From a virus (lineage: Duplodnaviria; Caudoviricetes), in IMG/VR virus record IMGVR_UViG_3300046779_001715, positions 1-56,968 of that record: a stretch of 56,968 nt of DNA, one strand, 5' to 3'. Below, in pieces: positions 26,860-36,000 of the stretch (within the stretch, counting starts at the first letter, position 1; every line of letters starts with the position of its first letter). The position numbers and the translations under genes are program-made. The notes below the pieces were generated by a model. The model was not told the DNA's origin. It saw only the letters and a program-made list of their open reading frames with translations, and did not search any database.

Positions 26860-29800
26860 TTATTTTCCTTTGGTCAATTCTTCAATCTTGGCTTCTAGTT
26901 CTACAATTTTTTGTGCCATTTTAACACATGCGGCCAATGCAGCATTACCATACGCAACAGAAAGATTGCCTTCTGCATCAGACATAACTGCTTCTGGCAT
27001 AAGTTTTTGTAATGATTGAGCACCAACACCAACTTGAGTTTCACCAGTATCAATTCTATCGTAAGTGCCAGATTTAACTTTAGCAAGTTCTTCTACAAAA
27101 TTAACTGGCAATTCACGCCAGTTGGATTTCATGCGTTCATCGGAGTATGCTGTTACATTACCTCTAGCAACGAAATTACCAGAAGTATCAGAAGTGAATC
27201 TGTAAACAGATGAACCATCATTACCACCACCTAAACGGAACACATTGTCACTGTCTAGACCCATATTCAATGTGTATGTACCATTTCTATAAAAAGATAT
27301 GGTAGCACCTGTTGTTGAAGTGCCATAAGCAATAAGATTACTTGACTGTGTTGTTGATCCTACAGATAAACCTGATGAGAAATAAAATGGATTTGTAAGT
27401 GATGCGCCAGTTGTGTATACACCGTTAGTTACTGTATCTGCATTACCAGCTGTTGCAGCATTACCAGAAATGCTAATACCCCATGTACCGGAATTGGTAA
27501 TAACTTGTGTTCCATTTACATAAAGACTTGCACCTGGCATAACATAATTTGTGCCATCAAACCTTAAGAATTTAGTTCTATCACCAAAGAAAACAGTGCC
27601 TGTTGTTGATGATGTTGTTGAAGTTAATTCTTTGACAGTTGTATTTGCAAATTGAACATCTTGTGTTGTTCCTAATCTTGCAGCACTCAATGTTCCTGTT
27701 GCAATGTTAGATGCGTTTGTTGTATCGGTTGTTGCGGATGCAGCCAAACCAGAAACAGCAGAAGAAGAAATTGCAATTGCAATACTATTTGCAGATGTTA
27801 AACGACCTTGTGCATCAACTGTGAAACGAGAAACATGAGTTGCAGAACCATTCGATGCTGCTGTTACAGTTGTTGATGCTAATTGTGATGCAGAAATTGT
27901 ACCACTAAGTTTACTGGTTGCAAGTGAAGTTAACCAGGTTGGATTTGCATAAGAAACATTGTTATAAAGACCATTGGTTACTGTACCTGCATTACCAGCA
28001 GTATTGATATCAAATGTAAATCCAGAATTTAATAAGTTATTAACAAAAGCTGTGGTCGCAAATGTAGTATCATCTGTAGTTGTTGCTGCTGTTAAACCAT
28101 AAACTGCACCAGTAAATTCAGCGCCACCCAGTGAAGCTTTTCTAGTTTCTAAGTCTTGAATTGCCAACTGAATAGTATTAGCAGAACCAATAATGTCACC
28201 GAAAGGTGCAGTAAATGTAATGTTGTTTGCATAATATGGATTGTTAATGTATCCATCAACTTCAAGCAATATTTCATCACCAGGATCTGGCGCTTCACTA
28301 AAGATGATAGTTGAGTTTGCACTATTAGCAGAATAACTGTCTTCAAACTGACGCAAACCATTAATGTATGCTCTCAATTGTGTTGAGTTATTGAATGTTG
28401 GTGTGGTGAATTTTGTATTTGCATCATCACCGTAGTATGTCAATCGTGTAGAATTGATTGTTGTTCCAGGTGTTGCACCTCCACCACCACCTTCCGCTGG
28501 TGCAGCCCAAGAGAAGTTGCCTGGACCACCAGTTGTTAGAACATAACCAGCAGTTGTACCTGTTGGTAATAAGTTTGTTAAAGCGTCAGATGCTGACCTT
28601 GCACCAGTACCACCTTGATTAATAGGCAATGCATTACTTAATTGCAACCTAGAAAATGTTACGTTTGCAGTTGATTGTAAGTCTTGTGGTGTGCTGATTG
28701 CAAAATTGTTAGCACTCGTTGCAACAACAGTAATACCATTGTTACTTGTAAAAGATATTACACCACTGTTTGGATTAATAAATCCACTTGTTCCAACGAA
28801 TGTATTAGATGAAGTGTTGGCTCTTGCATATGCAGAATTTGCCTTAGAAAATGCTGGTGCAATTTGTGGACCAACATTGTTTGCAGCATCGAATGCTGAA
28901 TTGGCATGAAGAAATGCTGAGTTAGCGTAACGACCAGCAACAACGACCGCAGATTGTAAGAAAGTATTTGCTGCGGTGATAATATCATTCAAGTTGTTAG
29001 CAGCACTGGCTGTTGCAACTGATGTAGTACTTGTAGATGTTAATGAAGAATCAAAATGTTCATCTGTAAGAATTCTGTAATATGTACCGCTTGTTACATT
29101 TTTAATATCAAAATACTTTGACGATTCTTTCCAACGAATGGCAGCATCTGTACCGGTATTTCCACGGTCCACTGTGTACTCAGCATCAGCGGCCTGAGAT
29201 ACCTGAGAATTCAATGCAAATGTATCTGAGGTATAAACTGTTGTTCCTCTAACAACAAAATTACCTCCAATAGAGAATTCACCTTCTGATGTTATGTTGT
29301 TTACAAACAAATTAGCATTGTTTGCATCAATCAACTCTGTGATTGTAATTTTTGGTGTAGTTACAACTGTATTGGCAGTGATATCTGATCCAATAATAGT
29401 TGGTGAACTGATAACATTATTAGCTCTTATGGTCTTGGTTGCAATTTCATTAGAAACGGAAAGAATTGCTGTGTTAACTGATGTATTTGCTTGCAATACA
29501 TTAGTATAAGTAGTGCCTGTTATAGAAGCATTACCAGTATTGGTAGATGTATTTGCCTGTAATACAGCTGCATAAATTTTATCAGAACTATTTAAATTGT
29601 CTGTTGAAATATATGGTGAATCAATAGATGTATTGGATACTAATGTATCAGAATTAATTGCACCAGTAGCTGTCAACGCAACAGTATTTACAATTGAATT
29701 TGCTTGCAACACATTGGTGTAAGTAGTGCCAGAGATAGAAGCATTACCTGTACTTGTTGATGAGTTTGCTTGTAAAACATCAGTGTATGTTGTACCAGTT

Positions 29801-30585
29801 ATAGAAGCAGTTGCTGTATTAACAGATGTATTTGATTGCAATACATTTGTAAAAGAATTGCCTGTTACAGATAAAGATGCAGTATTAACAGATGTATTTG
29901 ATTGTAATATATTTGTATAAACTGTACCAGTTATAGAAGCATTACCTGTATTGGTAGATGTATTTGCTTGCAATAAATTGGTGTAAGTAGTACCAGTTAT
30001 TGAAGCATTAGCAGTATTTGTAGAGTTGTTGGCTTGTAAAATTGCTGTATGTGTTACATATGAAACAGAAATTCTAGGAGAACTAATATGTGAATTTGCT
30101 TCTAATGTGTTTGTGTATACATTACCAGTTACTGATAAGTTTTCGGTGTTAACAGTTGAATTTGCTTGTAAGTTATTAGTAATTGTGTTGTATCGTATTG
30201 TGGTATTACCACCAACATAAGCATTATTTGCAACTGATAAACCTATGCCACTTCCCTGTGCAACCAATAAACCATTAATGTTGGCTTGACCTGCATTGGT
30301 CAAACCCAATTCAGTGTTGGAGAAATATACTTGGCCTTCAACAGTTAAGTTATTTTCGATTGTTGCAGATGAACCAACACCTTGAACCGACAATTCTTTT
30401 TGTATGACAACCGAACCTGTTGTTTGTAGTGCAGCTGCTGTCGATTCGTTAAGGTAAAGTGTACCAGAATCTTTGGTGTAATTGCCTGATGCAAGGATGT
30501 TGTTCTCGTTAATGAGAGCATCCGTTGCAACCACCCAATCACCAAATGTATTGGCATAACTTAATGAGGAAACTGTATTAGCCAT
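26860..30585 (-). CDS. Long tail fibre with 22-aa repeats and C-terminal intramolecular chaperone (peptidase S74-like)
   Basis: N-terminal NTF.DW...T..L motif; Asn/Thr/Ser-rich repeats; AYSDERMKSN...GVGAQ.LQ..MPEAV...LSVAYG...EL C-terminus. Confidence 0.85.
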   Translation of the reverse strand: MANTVSSLSYANTFGDWVVATDALINENNILASGNYTKDSGTLYLNESTAAALQTTGSVVIQKELSVQGVGSSATIENNLTVEGQVYFSNTELGLTNAGQANINGLLVAQGSGIGLSVANNAYVGGNTTIRYNTITNNLQANSTVNTENLSVTGNVYTNTLEANSHISSPRISVSYVTHTAILQANNSTNTANASITGTTYTNLLQANTSTNTGNASITGTVYTNILQSNTSVNTASLSVTGNSFTNVLQSNTSVNTATASITGTTYTDVLQANSSTSTGNASISGTTYTNVLQANSIVNTVALTATGAINSDTLVSNTSIDSPYISTDNLNSSDKIYAAVLQANTSTNTGNASITGTTYTNVLQANTSVNTAILSVSNEIATKTIRANNVISSPTIIGSDITANTVVTTPKITITELIDANNANLFVNNITSEGEFSIGGNFVVRGTTVYTSDTFALNSQVSQAADAEYTVDRGNTGTDAAIRWKESSKYFDIKNVTSGTYYRILTDEHFDSSLTSTSTTSVATASAANNLNDIITAANTFLQSAVVVAGRYANSAFLHANSAFDAANNVGPQIAPAFSKANSAYARANTSSNTFVGTSGFINPNSGVISFTSNNGITVVATSANNFAISTPQDLQSTANVTFSRLQLSNALPINQGGTGARSASDALTNLLPTGTTAGYVLTTGGPGNFSWAAPAEGGGGGATPGTTINSTRLTYYGDDANTKFTTPTFNNSTQLRAYINGLRQFEDSYSANSANSTIIFSEAPDPGDEILLEVDGYINNPYYANNITFTAPFGDIIGSANTIQLAIQDLETRKASLGGAEFTGAVYGLTAATTTDDTTFATTAFVNNLLNSGFTFDINTAGNAGTVTNGLYNNVSYANPTWLTSLATSKLSGTISASQLASTTVTAASNGSATHVSRFTVDAQGRLTSANSIAIAISSSAVSGLAASATTDTTNASNIATGTLSAARLGTTQDVQFANTTVKELTSTTSSTTGTVFFGDRTKFLRFDGTNYVMPGASLYVNGTQVITNSGTWGISISGNAATAGNADTVTNGVYTTGASLTNPFYFSSGLSVGSTTQSSNLIAYGTSTTGATISFYRNGTYTLNMGLDSDNVFRLGGGNDGSSVYRFTSDTSGNFVARGNVTAYSDERMKSNWRELPVNFVEELAKVKSGTYDRIDTGETQVGVGAQSLQKLMPEAVMSDAEGNLSVAYGNAALAACVKMAQKIVELEAKIEELTKGK
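29440..30180 (-). repeat. 66-bp (22-aa) degenerate coding repeat region
   Basis: LQ(A/S)NTS(T/V)NT.NASITGT.YTNV units; the LQ-coding motif recurs near 29968, 29902, 29836, 29770 and 29704. Confidence 0.85.
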
Positions 30586-30805
30586 TTGAACCTTTATCCA
30601 TTAGTTGTAACAACAGAGATTTGATTTCAGATACATCATTCTTGATGCTTTCCACTTCTGTCTTTACTTTATTTATTTCGTCTTTTTGTGATTTCATCAT
30701 ACGGACTTTATTATAATAATCATTTCTCGCATGGTCATCATTATTAATGAGTCCCATACTGTTGCTATCTCTAACAAAAGGAGTGCCTGTAACTTTAACC
30801 AACAT
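30578..30805 (-). CDS. Small coiled-coil hypothetical protein (75 aa)
   Basis: Likely start MLVKVTG..FVRD at 30805, just after the upstream stop; C-terminal K.EVESIKNDVSEIKSLL heptads. Confidence 0.75.
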   Translation of the reverse strand: MLVKVTGTPFVRDSNSMGLINNDDHARNDYYNKVRMMKSQKDEINKVKTEVESIKNDVSEIKSLLLQLMDKGSNG

Positions 30806-30806
30806 A

Positions 30807-32996
30807 TCAAATGCCTGTTCCAGCTGGTAATGCCAATGCACGAATGTCTGTTATTATAGGAATAATAGTACTATCAGTAGAAGACATTACAACTTTGATT
30901 GCAAACTGACTGAATTGACTATATGTTTCACCAGTTTCACTTGTGTAAGAAATGAAATTATCAGCCTTACCTAAAGTTCCTGGCGCACATTCAAACTCAA
31001 TTAAATTTGTTTTTGATTGTGAGTATGCGTTTTGATTTCCAACTTGAGTCATCAAGTTCCAATTTGCATCATCAAAATCTTGTGTGTCGTTACGATTTAG
31101 AATTTTGTAATACACATCGACTCTTGTTCCTAAAGGCTTGTATGCAGTATAGAATACTCTCAAATCGCCAGAATCATTTTCTGGAGTCAACACAACTTTC
31201 TTAGTGAAGTATTTTGCAAATGAGTTACCACCTTTAGGTGATGTTTCACCAAATACAACCGCAGTAGCTTGTGTTGTATTCGCACCAGAAATGGTAATTG
31301 TTGGTGATGTAATATAACCAGAACCTGGATGTACAACATAAACAGAAGAAACAACATTTGATGTTCCATTGTTTGCAACAGTTACACCCAATGTTGCTTG
31401 GTCTGTACCAATATCAGGTGCAGAAATTTCTGCTATTGTATTTGCTGCATCATCATATCCTGCACCGACTTCAACCAATGAAATTACGTTATTTTGTATT
31501 TCCATATTGTTAATAATGTAACGAATGTTGTATACAGATACACCATCATCTGAAATGATTGGAGTTACACTGTCATCAGTTGATGATAGTGATGCTGACA
31601 TTTTAAATGAAGTATTACTTTCTTTCAAGAATACCCTTTGTCCTTGGCCATCATCAAAATCTATGTTTTCAGGTGTTGGTGAACCTAATTTTCCAGGAGA
31701 TACCTCATAAGGACCAACAACAATATTACCTTCTGCGAGTGTTGCCGAGTAACTATAGTTAATGCCTGTCGCAGCAGGTGTAAAATCTGTTGTGGTCAAA
31801 TTAACTGCGTCAGACCAAGTAGTATCAGAGAAATTGCCATGCAAATTGCTGACATTATTTGCATCCAACAAATGTTGAATGTCATTTGAACCAATTTTTC
31901 TATATGGTAAACCTTTTTGTAAAGTGAAATCAATTGTTGGATTTTTAGATGTATCGAATACACATCTATCAATAACAAACATCATATTTTTTGTTTGGTC
32001 AGCAGTCCATGTTATTGAGTTTTGTGATTCAAATAATGCACCAACATATGGTGAAGCACCAATTTTTGTTGGGTTTGTTGGATTTGCATCAGATGGTTTC
32101 TCTTTTGCTGTTGACAAAACAGCTGTTGAATTTTGTTGTGCATAGTAAACTTGGTAATCAGGTGAACTGGTTTCCAACATAAATGCATACAATATACCAG
32201 GTTGAATGTATACTGGTGCTTCAAAAACAAACTCAGTATATGTGGAAGAATCCAAATAATGTGGAGTTCTAGATGTAACAACTTGACTTGCACTTAATAC
32301 AACTGTTGAATGATCCAATCTTTGTCCGTTAGGATAACCATTCAACGTATTAACAATAGATAACTTAACTGGTACATCTGTTGCTGGTTTAGAATAGAAA
32401 AATACTTTGATTGATTTAAGGAAAAGACCATTTGGGAAATTGTCTTTTTGTATAATGAAAGACTGTGCAACAGGATCTCCAGGAAGTTGCCTTGTAATCA
32501 CTGTTGTGCTTATTAATTGATTGTTTCTTTGACCAACTTGCGTAAAAGAAGATGCAGCAGAATCAATTGATGGTGAAAATTCTAATTTTTGAGAAGTTGT
32601 TGAAAGTCCAGATGCAGTAAATGTTGCTTCTGCATAAGTCGTTGCAGTTGTTGGTTGAGCTGGAACACTTCTATTATCTACACGAAATACTCTTTGTCCT
32701 GTTTGAAATACACCCGATGGTACATTAAAGATACCAACAAAATTACCACCCTCATCTGTAGATAATTGAGGTAATCCTGTTCCACTTTTAATAGCACTAG
32801 AGACATTCGTGATGTTACCAATTAAACTGTATTCTGAGGTTAAGTCACCAACAGATTCATTGTGACCTAGTGATATATTCACACCTCTGTCGAGTGTGAC
32901 TATACCAGTATCTGCATCGTAAGCTGTTACATTAGCTGTGTAGGTTGAAACACTTTGAATAATTTGTGCTGGTGATATTTTGTATGTATATGCCAT
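30807..32996 (-). CDS. C-terminal part of a DUF4815/VrlC-like virion structural protein
   Basis: G.F..P...FQTG.R.FR, DPVAQSF, G.FL.SI.VFF..K, T.F.F..PVY, GALF.SQN..TWT.DQ, Y.TK.V.L and F.QFAIK.V motifs. Confidence 0.75.
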   Translation of the reverse strand: MAYTYKISPAQIIQSVSTYTANVTAYDADTGIVTLDRGVNISLGHNESVGDLTSEYSLIGNITNVSSAIKSGTGLPQLSTDEGGNFVGIFNVPSGVFQTGQRVFRVDNRSVPAQPTTATTYAEATFTASGLSTTSQKLEFSPSIDSAASSFTQVGQRNNQLISTTVITRQLPGDPVAQSFIIQKDNFPNGLFLKSIKVFFYSKPATDVPVKLSIVNTLNGYPNGQRLDHSTVVLSASQVVTSRTPHYLDSSTYTEFVFEAPVYIQPGILYAFMLETSSPDYQVYYAQQNSTAVLSTAKEKPSDANPTNPTKIGASPYVGALFESQNSITWTADQTKNMMFVIDRCVFDTSKNPTIDFTLQKGLPYRKIGSNDIQHLLDANNVSNLHGNFSDTTWSDAVNLTTTDFTPAATGINYSYSATLAEGNIVVGPYEVSPGKLGSPTPENIDFDDGQGQRVFLKESNTSFKMSASLSSTDDSVTPIISDDGVSVYNIRYIINNMEIQNNVISLVEVGAGYDDAANTIAEISAPDIGTDQATLGVTVANNGTSNVVSSVYVVHPGSGYITSPTITISGANTTQATAVVFGETSPKGGNSFAKYFTKKVVLTPENDSGDLRVFYTAYKPLGTRVDVYYKILNRNDTQDFDDANWNLMTQVGNQNAYSQSKTNLIEFECAPGTLGKADNFISYTSETGETYSQFSQFAIKVVMSSTDSTIIPIITDIRALALPAGTGI

Positions 32997-33017
32997 TTAT
33001 TTTTTCCAAGTAATCTA

Positions 33018-36000
33018 TTATTTATTGTTGATAATACAAGCAATTTTTCCAACCAGTTTAAATATTGTCATCACAGTTTTTCGTGTGTTTGGACTTGTAT
33101 CATCTTTGAATGCTTTGACCAGTAAATTATTCACAAGACTGACATTCAATTTGCCGAATGTGTTGTTTATTAGATAAGCACCATATGATGTATCTTTTCC
33201 GGCAGAAATACATGTGTTCAATACCGTTTCGACAATATCGTTAGTCACAACTTCTTTTTCTAACATCAATCTCAACACCCCACCATCACCAATGATTGTT
33301 GTTGTTCCATATCCATTAACTGTATATGTTCCATCACCATCGGTCCATAGGTTATAAACCATTTTGCCTTCTGACGGAGAAACTTTCACTGGATCAATTT
33401 TTTCCATTTTACCTAACCATGGATAATAATTTTCTACCACCTTAGGATCAACAGCAGACAATTTACCATCAATATACAAAGGATGTTCGATAGTCGCAAA
33501 CGGTTCAAAATCTTTTGATGGTGTGTACAGTGAACCAAAATTTGTATCCAAAGCTTTTTCGACAAAAGTAACTGTATTCAATTCAGTTTTGTTTTTGTTC
33601 CACACTTTATCGCCAATTTTAATATCAACAATTTTCTTTTTACCAGTTATGGTATCAACAATAGTTTCTGATGTAAAGCAATTTGAACCGCCGCCACCTC
33701 CACCACCAGATGCTTTAGGTGCAACATATGTGGCTGTTTCGGTAATATATTCTTGTATGAATTTACTTGTTATACTGATTTTTGCACCAACATAATAATC
33801 ATCAATGTTTGTTGCTCGTGAATCTAATTTCAATCTAGTCACACCAGTAAACCAAGCACCACCTTGAGGCAAAATAATTTCCTGTGCAACTGAATCATAA
33901 TTTAAATTTGGAGGATTTGTTGACTGGAATACAATTTTGCCATTTGGATCTTTAATAACCAAAGCAAATCCAGAAGAGCCTGTATTTGAACCAGTAACAG
34001 TCCAAGACAATGTTCTAGTATTCAAATTAGTAATATTTAACGTTGCAGTAGTTACAGTTTTTGGATCGCTAGATGTAACAATTGTGGTTGTATTAGATTT
34101 AACAGTTGCTGATCCTGTTGAAGAACATTGAATTGTATATGTTCCTGTTTCTAATGGTGCATATACAAATGAAGCTGAATAACTTGCAGTGTGTTTTAAA
34201 TCACCCCAAACACCATATTGATTTAAGAATGTACCCCAATCATGACTGTTTTTTACTCTATAGATTTGTAAATTAGGCTCATTGTTAGCAGTGTAACTTC
34301 CACCAATACCAGTAATTAAACCAGATGTTGATAGAGGAATAACAGTATCATCAATTGTACCATTTGCGGTTGTACCACTATAAACACCGTTTGCATCAAA
34401 TGTAGCATTTCTAATTGAATTTGTCGGTGAATAATTTGGTGCACCAAGTAAGTTAGCAACATACAATCTAACTTTTGTTGTGTTTGGATATTTGTATGTT
34501 GAAACTACACGAGCTGTTGGATAGAATTTATTTGTGTAAAAGAATCCAACAATATCATCTTCATTGAATGTACCAGTAACATCTTTCAACTCAATTGTAT
34601 TTGGTGTTTGAATGTATTGGCTAACATCTTGACCATCAAAGTATGCGTTTACTGGAGTGTTAACCAATAAGCCTTTAGATTTGAAAACAATTTGTTGTGC
34701 TCTGATATATGGAAGAACGGCAATATTGGTCAGATAACCATTCTCACTTCCAATAGTAGAAGAAACTTGTGAATAACTTCCTGAAGTAATATTTCTCAGT
34801 TGGTCAGCATAATTTTTTGTGGTAGTTGTTACTGTTCGTCCACTTGTAGATGAACTTGATGATGAACTAGAAGTTCCTGGAATTGTTGCAAAATCTCCAG
34901 CATTTAAAATGTTTACACCATTTGTTTCTTGGTATACTTCGATAGAAGGATCAACTACAACAATGGCTGGTGCTTGAGTATTATCAACCCAATTGTCCAT
35001 TGGTGGATTAAGTTTAGCAACACCTTCATAAACGGCAACACCAAATGGATTCAAACTAACTGTGCTTGATGCTAGTTGTTGAATAACAACATTTGAACTC
35101 GTATATGGTAGAGTAAATACATTTGTGTTAGTGCCAGAAATGCTTGAAATTGCAAAGTTGTTTGTTTTCTTTAATGTTCCTAAAGAATTCAACACAGTTG
35201 GGTTTTGCAATTGGAAGTTGTCAACCAAAGTCAATGGTGTAAGTTGTTTAGTTCTTACATTAATTTTAGCAGCATAGTCTGCATTTTCTGTATCGGCTGT
35301 TGAGTATGATGAGAAGTCATCAACAAGAATACCGTTCTTGAAACGATTCAAACCATTAACATCCGGTACTTGTAATGATTGTGCATTAGATTCCAACAAA
35401 CTCAATGATGAATAATATTCAAGGTTATTAACTCTGGACTGCAAATCAGTAATGTCTCGTTTGACCCAGTTTTTGTGAAGTACTTTCTCAATAGACAAGT
35501 CTGAGTTGATTTGTCCACTAATTTCACCTGGAATAAATGCAGTGTATGGATTGTGGTCTAATTTTGCCAACACCAATGAACCATCAGGTTCTGTTGGATA
35601 TACTGGCGTTACAGAAGGTGTGCCACTAATAATTTTAAATGAACGATCCTTGGTCAAAACTAATTTATCTTTTCTACCAAGATAGTAACTATAATCACTA
35701 ACATATTCATTCAAGTTTTGTGGTAACATAATACCAGAACTATCAACAGCTGGGTTTCCTGTGTATCTGTATGTTAAAGTTGATACAGCATTTTTTCTAA
35801 CTGGTCTGAAATCAACACAGTCGGATAATTTATATTTGGTTCCTCGTCTACTTGTGAAAGTAGGTATTTCTTGATAAACTTCTGGAGAAGAAGAATTTGG
35901 TGACAAATAAGATTTGATACTGAAGTAACCATCACCACCAGAGTGTGAGTAGAAATCATATATGACCAATAAGTTACCTTTTGGAAGATTTGCACCAGAA

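Noticed and set aside
11325-30180. CRISPR-like arrays (63-, 66- and 204-bp periodicities)
   Set aside because: All periods are multiples of three inside ORFs, vary at synonymous positions and have no unique spacers.
8331-30585. Invertible (shufflon-type) tail fibre cassette
   Set aside because: All fibre genes and shared repeats are in the same orientation, and no recombinase gene is present in the window.
32997-33020. Stop-codon readthrough or alternative genetic code joining the two in-frame DUF4815 ORFs
   Set aside because: Three stops of two kinds (TAA, TAG, TAA) intervene, and all core genes translate intact with the standard code.
33297-33680. Canonical splicing intein or homing element
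   Set aside because: No terminal His-Asn/Gln, no endonuclease domain, and the downstream sequence is not the continuation of the host protein.
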